A stretch of 33,036 bases of DNA from an uncultured Candidatus Saccharibacteria bacterium (GCA_964434715.1 CAYSWC010000001.1:1-33036); one strand, 5' to 3'. Shown: positions 1 through 7,987, counted from the first letter of the stretch. Notes: generated by a model not told the origin, from the letters alone. Translations and numbers: made by a program.

Positions 1-58
1 GGGCTATGCCCGTCTTTGGGGTAGGTACTAAGGTATTACTAACTCGTTCGCCACTCTA

Positions 59-477
59 GAAGCTGGACTCTAGATGCTAGACTGCTGGATTATTTCCACT
101 GTTGCTTAAGACGCGTAAGTTGCTTACCGACTATCTCATATTCCGTTATAAATGATGTATATATTTCTTCCTTTAAAAGACCGATATTGCGCGCGTCTCT
201 CAGATGACTTACAAGTTCATCGCATGAACCAATTGCGCTCGCGAGGTATCGCTTAAAATCATTGGGTGTTTTACTATATCCTTCAGCAATATTCGCGTGG
301 ATCGAATTCGCAGCTCGTATAATCTGACTTCCAAGTTCTCGCTGATCAAGTTGATTCCATGCCCGAACTATTCGGTAAACTTTCGGAAAAAGCGCGCTTG
401 CTCTTTTATATACATCAAGTTCTTTAAAGTTTTGCACAATGTAATTATCCAGATTCTAGTCCCCAGAGTCCAGCTTC
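59..477 (-). mobile_element. Protein-coding intervening sequence (IVS) in 16S rRNA helix 6
   Basis: About 420 nt between two conserved 16S blocks. Bounded by inverted repeats: 59-71 gaagctggactct and 465-477 agagtccagcttc are perfectly complementary (13 bp), extending imperfectly to about 30 bp. Contains ORF 90..437. Confidence 0.9.
90..437 (-). CDS. Four-helix-bundle protein (23S rRNA intervening sequence protein family)
   Basis: Family motifs FKELDVYK, SQIIRAANSIHANIAEG and YLASAIGSCDEL. 115 aa, GTG start; the stop lies in the IVS stem. Confidence 0.93.
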   Translation of the reverse strand: MQNFKELDVYKRASALFPKVYRIVRAWNQLDQRELGSQIIRAANSIHANIAEGYSKTPNDFKRYLASAIGSCDELVSHLRDARNIGLLKEEIYTSFITEYEIVGKQLTRLKQQWK

Positions 478-550
478 CATCGTTCGACTTGCATGCCTTA
501 TCCACGCCGCCAGCGTTCATCCTGGACCAGGATCAAATCCTCAAATTAAC

Positions 551-618
551 CAGATATCAGATCTCGGATTTCGGATATCAGATTCTCTGATTTCCGATTT
601 CTGATAGCTGACATCTGA
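551..618. repeat. Inverted array of heptamer repeats forming a hairpin in the rRNA leader
   Basis: cagatat-cagatct-cggattt-cggatat-cagat followed by complementary units tctga-tttccga-tttctga-tagctga-catctga. Confidence 0.75.
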
Positions 619-808
619 AATATTGGGACAACTATAAAATTCTCAACCATATTAAAATTTCAACGTTCAGTCAGCCAGCCGTAACGGAAATTAATACACC
701 CGTCTCTATCCTAAATGCTTATCGAATTTCTTAGGACAGGAACGGATGTATTGGAAGCGACTATTCGGTTATAAAGATTCTAGTTTAGCTCATTGCTTTA
801 CATCTTTA

Positions 809-836
809 AGTATATGGGCAAAAAGGGCTTTGTCAA
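809..836 (-). promoter_or_regulatory. Sigma70 promoter of the rRNA operon
   Basis: TTGACA (836-831), 16-bp spacer, TATACT (814-809). A boxA-like GAATCTTTATAACC lies downstream at about 767-780. Confidence 0.7.
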
Positions 837-872
837 GAGGGTTTATGCACACCTCCAGCTATTAAAACTGAC

Positions 873-901
873 TTGCCAAACTTGGGGTTTTCGTCTATAC
901 T
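873..901 (+). promoter_or_regulatory. Sigma70 promoter of rpmE
   Basis: TTGCCA (873-878), 17 bp, TATACT (896-901). The ATG is 9 nt later, so the mRNA is near-leaderless. Confidence 0.65.
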
Positions 902-910
902 GCCATTACT

Positions 911-1162
911 ATGAAACCAGACATCCATCCTAAATACTACGATAAAGCCGCTGTGCGCTGCGCCTGCGGCAATAAGTTTACGGTTGGCTCAACCAAGCCG
1001 GAAATCAACGTGGAAATCTGCTACAAATGCCACCCATTTTATACCGGCAAGGAAAAGCTGATTGATACAGCCGGCAAAGTGGAGCGCTTCCGCGCCCGCC
1101 GCGCCAAAGCCCAAGCAGTTTCAAAAATCACAACTAAAAAATCAAGAAAAAAGAAATCTTAA
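911..1162 (+). CDS. rpmE: 50S ribosomal protein L31 (Zn-binding type)
   Basis: [36 protein letters not shown]. Confidence 0.97.
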   Translation: MKPDIHPKYYDKAAVRCACGNKFTVGSTKPEINVEICYKCHPFYTGKEKLIDTAGKVERFRARRAKAQAVSKITTKKSRKKKS

Positions 1163-1166
1163 TTTT

Positions 1167-4100
1167 TTAGAATCGCCCGCCACTCGGCGGCTCTTGTTTC
1201 AGCCACGGAATAAAATTCACATTATCCGAAACCGGATTGCCCAAGCCGCCGGGGTTTAAGGTCGGATGATAAGGGCCGGTGCGATGCCCCCACCAGTTGT
1301 TTTGGGCAACTACGGAATTTGAACTTGAGTTGTAAATTCCATAAGCGTTATTCCGGTAAATCGAGCTTCGGGAAACGGTGGTGGTGCCTGAAATCTGATA
1401 GATGCCATATTGGTTGCTACTAATTATAGTATTGTCAATATTAACATTCCCACCAAAATTTCTAATCATTCCATCAGCTGGTTGCCAATAGGCACCGCCG
1501 TATCTTAAAACCACATTGTTGAAGAGACCAGTGGAGTTAGTGCCGAAATAAATGCCATGATAATCTCCAGGAGCGGGAGCAGTGGCATTGCCGTCGCCGT
1601 TAGTGTCGCCGCCAACGGAGTCGTCTTTTAAAGAGGTGAAGTAGATTTTGTTGGTGGGGGTAGTTTGAGCGTTGAGGCTGCCTAAGATATTGATGATTCC
1701 GCTAGCAGGAAACTTAACTATGGCTCCGGGTTGGATAGTCAGACTTTTGCCTGAAGCAACAGCAAAGTAGGAAGGAATAAAAGGCACGCCGGGATTCCAG
1801 ATTTGATTGGTTGGTGAAATACCAGATATGAAAAACCCTTGAGCGGTAACTCCGCTGGTAGTATTGCCGGAGTTGATAAAATCAATAGAGCCGTAGGAGA
1901 GATAGGCGTCGCCAGAACTGTTGTTAGAAAAAGTGTTAAAAGTGAGGGCAAGAGTAAGGAAGCCGCCGCCGCCCGTAGATGCGCCTAAACCAAACGAACC
2001 ATTGCCACTAAAATTGCTGTTGGCGATGCTAACACTTGTAGTGGCGAGAGAAAGAATATTGATGCCATCTCTAACGTTGTTGCTGATTAAAGAAGAATTA
2101 ATGGTTAATTGACCTATTGATTGAGTTGTATAGATAAAGATCCCAAAATATCCGCTATCGGTGATCTGACTGTTTATGACACTAACATTTCCCCCAAAGT
2201 TGTTAATCATCCCATAGCCATTTAAATAATAGTTCCCGCCGTAGCGCAAGACTGAATGGGCAAAATTGCCGGTAGAATCTTGTTGAAACCTGATGCCGTG
2301 ATAATCTTCGGGGGCGGGGGTGGTAGCACTGCCATCGCCATTGGTATCGCCGCCCACAGAATCGTCAGTAAAAGAAGTAAAATAGATTTTTTTGTCTGGA
2401 GTTCCTTGGGCGTTCAACGTTCCAGAGACATCAATAAAAGCATCTGAATATAGACTGCTGGGAATGATTTTTACGATAGTGCCGGGTTGAATAGTTAAAG
2501 TCCTGTCTTGATTTACTGTAAAGACATAAATAACGAAGGGAACTCCTGGGTTCCAAACTTGATCTGTTGGCGAAGTTCCGCTTATATAGAAACCTTGCTT
2601 AGCGGTACCGCTGGTGGTGTTGTCGGAATTTATAAAATTTACATCGCCGTTAATACTAGCGTCGCCCGCCTTATTATTAGAAAAAGTGTTAAAAGTGAGG
2701 GCAAGAGTAAGGAAGCCGCCGCCGCCCGTAGATGCGCCTAAACCAAACGAACCATTGCCACTAAAATTGCTGTTGGCGATGCTAACACTTGTAGTGGCGA
2801 GAGAAAGAATATTGATGCCATCTCTAACGTTGTTGCTGATTAAAGAAGAATTAATGGTTAATTGACCTATTGATTGAGTTGTATAGATAAAAATCCCAAA
2901 ATATCCGCTATCGGTGATCTGACTGTCTATGACACTCACATTGCCCCCAAAATTATTAATCATTCCGTAGCCATACCAATAATAGTTGCCGCCGTAGCGC
3001 AAGACTGAATGGGCAAAATTGCCGGTAGAACCTTGTTGAAACCTGATGCCGTGATAATCATCGGGGGCAGGGGTGGTAGCGCTGCCATCGCCATTGGTAT
3101 CACCGCCCACGGTATCATCTTTAAGGGAAGTGAAGTAAATTTTGTTAGCCGATGTTCCTTGTGCATTTAACATTCCGTAAACCTCCATATAAGAATCACT
3201 GTAAAAAGTGCTGGGCATAAATTTTACCACTACACCGGGTTCGATTGTTAAAGTCACCCCGGGATTAACGGTTACGGAAGATTGGATAACGTAAACATTG
3301 CCGGCAGTCCAAGTCGTGTCTTGGGTAATAGTGCCGGAGACGTAAACTACGAAATAGTTTTTAGAAAGCACTAGAGTACCTTCACAAGTATCGCACAAAG
3401 ATTGATCATCCATCGGGTCTGGTGGAACAGAACTACTATTTTGATATAGGACGAAGTGCAGATGGTTCCCCGTTGCGTCTCCAGTCATACCGTTATAACC
3501 AATAATCTGTCCTTTCGAAATTTGCTGACCAACCTGTATGCCGGGTAAGATTATGGGGTCATACTTTAAATGTGCATATCTACTTGTAATTCCGCTACCA
3601 TGATCTAACAAAACAAAGTAGCCGTACCCCGACAGAGGATTCTGCCCGATAAAAGCTATGGACCCGGAATTCACTGCACGTATTGCTTTGCCATCGTCGT
3701 TTTCTATCTGGAGACAATTCTCGTCGAAAACACCATTGAAATCGATAGCATAAAAATCGTTACCTGTATGACCTGGGGGGTCGCCATAATAAGAACCGCC
3801 GCCATAACATCCACTCCCAGCAATCCATCTATAACCACCATTCCAAGGCGCTGATACTGGAATAGGTGCAGCGTAGGCTATCAATGTTTTAAGAAAACTT
3901 TGTGTTTGCTTATTAAAAAAGTTTAAGCTTAAAAATTTCTCAATTAGATCAGGTAGTTCTTTTTCATAATTACGGTCGTCTTCTTTTGTTTCCTCAAAAA
4001 AAACAGCAAACCCCAAAATAAGGTTGGGGGCTTGAAGGTAAATATTAATACGGGAGGGTGTTAGGTTAATGCTGGAATGACTATATAAATATCGCTCTCC

Positions 4101-4475
4101 AATGAAATCTTGAAATTGAATAGGTTTCTTATCAATTAAGAAATATGGATCTTCTCCAGAATATCTTGCTAACCAATCGCTAATCGGAAGATTTTCAAAA
4201 TTATCTAAAACAGCTATAGCGAGCTTTGCGCCTTTTTTTAAATGATTGACGTTCTCTGAAGAAACCTTGGGTGTTACCCAGCTCATATAGTTTTCGGCTT
4301 CTTCAGCTTTAATCCATTCTCCTTGAATATTAATGGGATATCTAAATCTATTATTAGAGGCTACAACGCTTTGCTCTTTAGCGTCGCTAACCATAAAGTA
4401 CCAAGATCCGAAACTGATAAAAACTATAATGAAAATTGCAGGATATTTTTTCATGGATAAGGATGATAGCTTCAT
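1167..4475 (-). CDS. Exported M23 family peptidase with an N-terminal domain paralogous to the upstream gene and C-terminal right-handed beta-helix repeats
   Basis: N-terminal hydrophobic segment; M23 motifs HTGNDFYAIDF, YAHL, GMTG and HLHF; three repeats of LTIxPGxxVK...IYFTSxxDDxVGGDTNGDG; terminal AQNNWWG. Confidence 0.85.
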   Translation of the reverse strand: MKLSSLSMKKYPAIFIIVFISFGSWYFMVSDAKEQSVVASNNRFRYPINIQGEWIKAEEAENYMSWVTPKVSSENVNHLKKGAKLAIAVLDNFENLPISDWLARYSGEDPYFLIDKKPIQFQDFIGERYLYSHSSINLTPSRINIYLQAPNLILGFAVFFEETKEDDRNYEKELPDLIEKFLSLNFFNKQTQSFLKTLIAYAAPIPVSAPWNGGYRWIAGSGCYGGGSYYGDPPGHTGNDFYAIDFNGVFDENCLQIENDDGKAIRAVNSGSIAFIGQNPLSGYGYFVLLDHGSGITSRYAHLKYDPIILPGIQVGQQISKGQIIGYNGMTGDATGNHLHFVLYQNSSSVPPDPMDDQSLCDTCEGTLVLSKNYFVVYVSGTITQDTTWTAGNVYVIQSSVTVNPGVTLTIEPGVVVKFMPSTFYSDSYMEVYGMLNAQGTSANKIYFTSLKDDTVGGDTNGDGSATTPAPDDYHGIRFQQGSTGNFAHSVLRYGGNYYWYGYGMINNFGGNVSVIDSQITDSGYFGIFIYTTQSIGQLTINSSLISNNVRDGINILSLATTSVSIANSNFSGNGSFGLGASTGGGGFLTLALTFNTFSNNKAGDASINGDVNFINSDNTTSGTAKQGFYISGTSPTDQVWNPGVPFVIYVFTVNQDRTLTIQPGTIVKIIPSSLYSDAFIDVSGTLNAQGTPDKKIYFTSFTDDSVGGDTNGDGSATTPAPEDYHGIRFQQDSTGNFAHSVLRYGGNYYLNGYGMINNFGGNVSVINSQITDSGYFGIFIYTTQSIGQLTINSSLISNNVRDGINILSLATTSVSIANSNFSGNGSFGLGASTGGGGFLTLALTFNTFSNNSSGDAYLSYGSIDFINSGNTTSGVTAQGFFISGISPTNQIWNPGVPFIPSYFAVASGKSLTIQPGAIVKFPASGIINILGSLNAQTTPTNKIYFTSLKDDSVGGDTNGDGNATAPAPGDYHGIYFGTNSTGLFNNVVLRYGGAYWQPADGMIRNFGGNVNIDNTIISSNQYGIYQISGTTTVSRSSIYRNNAYGIYNSSSNSVVAQNNWWGHRTGPYHPTLNPGGLGNPVSDNVNFIPWLKQEPPSGGRF
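1924..3110. repeat. Intragenic tandem duplication with a 753-bp period
   Basis: About 1924-2137 appears identical to about 2677-2890, and similarity continues with substitutions to about 2357/3110. The duplication is in frame (251 aa). Confidence 0.9.
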
Positions 4476-4489
4476 TAATTGCTCAAATA

Positions 4490-5035
4490 CTAAAAATTTC
4501 TTTCTATAAAGGAGGCGGCTAGATCGGTTAACTGCTTATTATAATTCTTATCTGCTCCGCTATAAAATACCACAAAACCCAAAAGTCGATCTGGGGTTTG
4601 GATGTGTATGTTAATACGCGAGGGTGTTTGAGTACCGAAGTCGTTGTAAATGTATTTCTCACCATTGAAATTAGCAATCTGAATTAGTTCTTTACTGATT
4701 AGCGAATCGGGGTTGTCTCCTGAATATCTTTCTAACCATTCACTAATTGAAAGATTTTCTGGATTCTGGGATATTGTAATTGCAAACTTGGCGCCTTGTT
4801 TTAAATGACCATCGTCTGAGCGATTAGCTTCTGGCGTGAACCAGCTAATAGAATTACTCGTTTCTGCTGCTTTAATCCATTCATTAGGAACCGTTACCTG
4901 ATAAAGAAATCCCCCGCTTATGTCGCTATGTAATGATCGCTCATCCGGCTGATTATTGGCCGGTTTAGCGAAAAATAATAAATAGCCAACTATGACCAGA
5001 ATAATGACGATGATTAGTATTATTAATTTCTTCAT
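4490..5035 (-). CDS. Membrane-anchored hypothetical protein (possibly PsbP-like fold), paralog of the N-terminal domain of the downstream M23 protein
   Basis: MKK plus hydrophobic anchor. Shares EWIKA, HLKxGAK, ENLxISxWLxRYSG and TPSRINI with residues ~50-160 of 1167..4475. Confidence 0.8.
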   Translation of the reverse strand: MKKLIILIIVIILVIVGYLLFFAKPANNQPDERSLHSDISGGFLYQVTVPNEWIKAAETSNSISWFTPEANRSDDGHLKQGAKFAITISQNPENLSISEWLERYSGDNPDSLISKELIQIANFNGEKYIYNDFGTQTPSRINIHIQTPDRLLGFVVFYSGADKNYNKQLTDLAASFIERNF

Positions 5036-5072
5036 CTTAGCTAGAACTGGGAGACGAACTAGATAGATGGTT

Positions 5073-5435
5073 CTAACGCTGTTGAGATTCTAATTTGACA
5101 ACTCGCTCTTCCAGCCTTCTAACTTGATTGGCAAGCACTATCAACTCTTGTTCCTGCTTTTTCATAAGTGTTATAAAATCATCCAACTTAGCGAATAGCT
5201 GGCTCACATTATCCTTCATCCATTTTACGTCTGCTTTTAGTTCGGTCACGCCAAGCTCAAGCCTATCAAGCCGAGAATCAACCTTATCAAGTCGGGAGTC
5301 AACCCTATCAAGCCGGGAGTCAACCTTATCAAGCCGCGTGTTGACTGTCTTAAAATCCTCTTGAACCGCCTCCGCAAACGGCTCAAGCGCCTCAACAACG
5401 GCTTCCTTTATGTCTTCTTTGGTTACTTCAGCCAT
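5073..5435 (-). CDS. Coiled-coil hypothetical protein with heptad repeats
   Basis: RLD(K/R)VDS heptads repeated; amphipathic helical composition throughout. Confidence 0.8.
   Translation of the reverse strand: MAEVTKEDIKEAVVEALEPFAEAVQEDFKTVNTRLDKVDSRLDRVDSRLDKVDSRLDRLELGVTELKADVKWMKDNVSQLFAKLDDFITLMKKQEQELIVLANQVRRLEERVVKLESQQR
5257..5340. repeat. Four 21-bp tandem repeats encoding heptads
   Basis: tcaagcctatcaagccgagaa / tcaaccttatcaagtcgggag / tcaaccctatcaagccgggag / tcaaccttatcaagccgcgtg. Confidence 0.85.
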
Positions 5436-5465
5436 ATTTTAATGGTAGTGCAGAGATTAAATATG

Positions 5466-7139
5466 TCAACTATTCCTTAACCTCACAAAAAACCGCGATC
5501 CCTGTCCTTCTCCCTCACTTTCTGCCCAAATTTCGCCGTGATGGGCGGTAACGATTTCCCGGGCGATGTAGAGGCCAAGGCCGGTGCCTTGAATTTCTTT
5601 CTTCACGCTCTCATCGCGGGTAAATCGCTCAAAAGCTTGGCTTTGCATCTCTTTGGACATTCCCCGACCGGTATCCTCGACTGTGATAAGCACAGTTTCT
5701 GGTTTCTGGTTGCTGGTTGTTGGTCGTTGGTCAACGGTTACTTTAACGTAACCGCGATCTGTATATTTAATGGCGTTATCAATGATATTTTGAATGACCT
5801 GCCGGATTTTTTCCGGATCAGCTTTGATTTTGATGGACGGCAGGGGCTGGTTGGTGATGGATAGTTTAGCATCAGCGCTTATTCTAATGTTCTTAAGAAC
5901 ATTAGAATAAGCTTGGAACTGCAAATCCAAACCTTTAGCCGCTGCCAAGGGTTTAAATTCCTCAACCATGCTAGAGAGCAAGGCCACAATATCAACCTCT
6001 TCAAACTTATATTCCATCTTGCCCTCTTCAATTTTTCTTAAATCCAAAAGATTATTGACCAAGACAATAGTCCGGTCAGCAGACTCTTTAATCTTCTTGG
6101 CTTTGGCTTTGGCCTCATCCGAGACCGGCCCGTAAGTGCCGTCAGAGATCAGCTCGGCAAAACCCTTAATCACCGCCATCGGCGACTTCACCTGATGTGA
6201 GGCAAAACTCAAAAACTCGGATTTTAACTGATCTAACTCCCGAAGTCTTGCATTCGCCGCTTCCAATTCTTTTGTCAATTTCTCTAATCTTTCCCGCTGT
6301 TCAACTTCTTTGAGTACGCTTTTTATTAGAAAAATACCAAAAGTAAAGAAAAGTATAAATATGACGATTCTAAGTATCAACTCAAAAGTATTTTTCGCTA
6401 CGAAAATCTCGAAAAGCGAAACAGACAGAATTACAAAAGTAAGGATCTCAGTCGCGATTGCTTTAACATTCAATAAATGATGACGTAAAATTGCATAGGC
6501 CATACCTACAAATGTTGGCAACATGAAAAGGGGCCCATAGATTATGAATGATGTATCTTTTAAGAAAATTACGAAAAGAAAATTGGTTAATATCAATAGG
6601 AAATAACTAAGAGAAACTCCAATAAGCATGGACCTCCATTGCATTCTTTCCAGGGTTTGTGCTTTTATAAATTTTCTTACAATCAAGATGATTCCAGATA
6701 TTAAAGAAATTACGACGACTAAGGCGAACAAAGGCATTAATGGTCCGGCTATTGGGACTATTCGATCATCAATCGCTTCAATCCTTGTAAAGACATAGGG
6801 CGAGACAGTTGCACCCATCGTTATAAGTAAAAGTAATAAGCTTGCTATAAATAAAGTTCTTTTAATCACTAACCCTCTATTGGGAAAATTGTAAGTAAAG
6901 ATAAAGAACAATACTGCATGGGGTGTAGCGAAAAATAACACAAGTCTAATCCAAAATAGTACTTGTGGTGGATTGATGTTTAAAGAAAAATAATTGGCGA
7001 TAGCCCACAATACAGTTGCGAGGGCGATAAGAAAAAAAAGGATATTACTGATGCTTTTCCGGTCGTGAAAATAAACGACAATACCAATGAAAAAAATCCC
7101 GAAGGCACTTACGAGTGTAATAGCTAAATCTGTAGGCAT
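5466..7139 (-). CDS. Sensor histidine kinase with a multi-TM N-terminal domain (HisKA_7TM-like), HisKA and HATPase_c
   Basis: About 280-aa hydrophobic N-terminus; H-box FLSFASHQVKSP; N-box NIIDNAIKYT; G1 EDTGRGM; G2 GTGLGLYIA. Confidence 0.95.
   Translation of the reverse strand: MPTDLAITLVSAFGIFFIGIVVYFHDRKSISNILFFLIALATVLWAIANYFSLNINPPQVLFWIRLVLFFATPHAVLFFIFTYNFPNRGLVIKRTLFIASLLLLLITMGATVSPYVFTRIEAIDDRIVPIAGPLMPLFALVVVISLISGIILIVRKFIKAQTLERMQWRSMLIGVSLSYFLLILTNFLFVIFLKDTSFIIYGPLFMLPTFVGMAYAILRHHLLNVKAIATEILTFVILSVSLFEIFVAKNTFELILRIVIFILFFTFGIFLIKSVLKEVEQRERLEKLTKELEAANARLRELDQLKSEFLSFASHQVKSPMAVIKGFAELISDGTYGPVSDEAKAKAKKIKESADRTIVLVNNLLDLRKIEEGKMEYKFEEVDIVALLSSMVEEFKPLAAAKGLDLQFQAYSNVLKNIRISADAKLSITNQPLPSIKIKADPEKIRQVIQNIIDNAIKYTDRGYVKVTVDQRPTTSNQKPETVLITVEDTGRGMSKEMQSQAFERFTRDESVKKEIQGTGLGLYIAREIVTAHHGEIWAESEGEGQGSRFFVRLRNS
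5696..5732. repeat. Five heptamer tandem repeats in frame within the HATPase domain
   Basis: tttctgg-tttctgg-ttgctgg-ttgttgg-tcgttgg; encodes DQRPTTSNQKPE. Confidence 0.8.
5877..5912. repeat. Perfect 36-bp palindrome inside the histidine kinase CDS
   Basis: gcttattctaatgttctt|aagaacattagaataagc; encodes AYSNVLKNIRIS. Confidence 0.92.
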
Positions 7140-7146
7140 TATTTAA

Positions 7147-7157
7147 ATTATACCACA
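7147..7157 (-). promoter_or_regulatory. Extended -10 promoter of the histidine kinase (leaderless)
   Basis: TGTGGTATAAT ends 7 nt before the ATG at 7139. Confidence 0.6.
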
Positions 7158-7175
7158 AAACTCGGTTTGGGTTAT

Positions 7176-7215
7176 AAAAAGGCGGCTTTTGGCCACCCTA
7201 AGATTTTGGAGGGTT
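7176..7215. repeat. ~40-bp imperfect direct repeat, copy 1 (copy 2 at 18160-18198)
   Basis: aaaaaggcggcttttggccaccctaagattttggagggtt vs aaaaaggcggctttgggccgcc-tagggtttttgaggatt; 33/40 identical by manual alignment. Confidence 0.7.
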
Positions 7216-7224
7216 GGCGAGAAG

Positions 7225-7254
7225 TTGACGATTGAGTCTAATCAAGCTTATAAT
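7225..7254 (+). promoter_or_regulatory. Sigma70 promoter of the Gre-family gene
   Basis: TTGACG, 18 bp, TATAAT; RBS AAAGGAG before 7324. Confidence 0.55.
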
Positions 7255-7323
7255 TAATATTAGCAACTTAATACTAACAAACCAGGTGCAATAGCCCGGC
7301 TCACCAAGAGAAAGGAGTGAGAA

Positions 7324-7803
7324 ATGCCTAACTATTTTACCCCTAAGGATTTTGCCAAGTTACAAGAGAAAATCCGCAAGACTGAAGCTAAACTAGATGA
7401 AGCGAAACTACAGATAGGAGAAGCCTGTAACCAAGGATCGGATACTTTCCATGATAACTTTCCTTACGAAGAGGCTTTGCGGCAAGTAGCTTTTTGGTCT
7501 CGTAGGTTACAGGAATTCATAGATCTCCAGTGTGATGCTCAAATCGTTTATCCTAGCGAAGAGACAATAAGAGTTGCTATTAGTACAATAGTTACAATAG
7601 AAGATGTAGCTACACACGAGGAGGAAACCTATAGAATTGCTAGCTTCGGGATAGCGATTTACTCTGACGAGAAAGGTGTAGTCTCTTATAACTCCCCCCT
7701 AGGGCAATGCCTCCTGGGTGCGTGGAAAGGTGACATAAGAACCTTACGTCTTGGTGAAAAGATTCGTCAGCTAAGGGTGAAAAAAATCCAAAGCGGTGCT
7801 TAA
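7324..7803 (+). CDS. GreA/GreB family transcription factor with an atypical tip
   Basis: N-terminal coiled coil (YFTPKDFAKLQEK...DTFHDNFPYEEA) and C-terminal VSYNSPLGQCLLG motif. Confidence 0.85.
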   Translation: MPNYFTPKDFAKLQEKIRKTEAKLDEAKLQIGEACNQGSDTFHDNFPYEEALRQVAFWSRRLQEFIDLQCDAQIVYPSEETIRVAISTIVTIEDVATHEEETYRIASFGIAIYSDEKGVVSYNSPLGQCLLGAWKGDIRTLRLGEKIRQLRVKKIQSGA

Positions 7804-7834
7804 GTACTTAACAACTTGGTGCCGCTTATTTTTT
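7791..7834 (+). terminator. Putative intrinsic terminator
   Basis: aagcggtgcttaagt...acttggtgccgctt stem with G-U pairs, followed by ATTTTTT. Confidence 0.55.
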
Positions 7835-7929
7835 AAAATATGATCAGCGGTAAGAATTTAAGATCATTTAATAAGATCGTTCTAGGTCATTTATGAGATG
7901 ATTAAGAACTAGCAGAACATTAACCAACT

Positions 7930-7958
7930 TTTACAATTGAAAATAGACATGGTATTCT
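7930..7958 (+). promoter_or_regulatory. Promoter of the CYTH-CDA-HD operon
   Basis: TTTACA, 17 bp, TGgTATTCT (extended -10), about 30 nt before the ATG. Confidence 0.5.
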
Positions 7959-7987
7959 AAACTAAACCATTAAACAATTTCAAAAAT

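Larger units (their letters stand above)
1..548 (-). rRNA. rrs: 16S rRNA gene, 5' portion (runs off the window start), interrupted by an IVS in helix 6/V1
   Basis: Reverse complement of 478-548 reads TAATTTGAGGATTTGATCCTGGTCCAGGATGAACGCTGGCGGCGTGGATAAGGCATGCAAGTCGAACGATG (16S 5' end). Reverse complement of 1-55 reads AGTGGCGAACGAGTTAGTAATACC..., the conserved segment after V1. The 5' end position is estimated by alignment to the E. coli start. Confidence 0.95.

Noticed and set aside
90-437. Four-helix-bundle ORF as the Avd accessory gene of a diversity-generating retroelement
   Set aside because: No reverse transcriptase in the window, and the ORF is embedded in 16S rRNA.
59-477. Self-splicing group I/II intron
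   Set aside because: The ORF plus terminal stem fill the whole insertion, leaving no space for a ribozyme core.
297-590. 97-aa plus-strand ORF
   Set aside because: Antisense to the 16S rRNA and IVS gene; its tail derives from heptamer repeats.
1924-3110. Long repeat pair as DGR template/variable repeats or a CRISPR array
   Set aside because: Both copies are in-frame parts of one CDS, the differences do not look adenine-specific, and there is no repeat-spacer pattern or cas gene.
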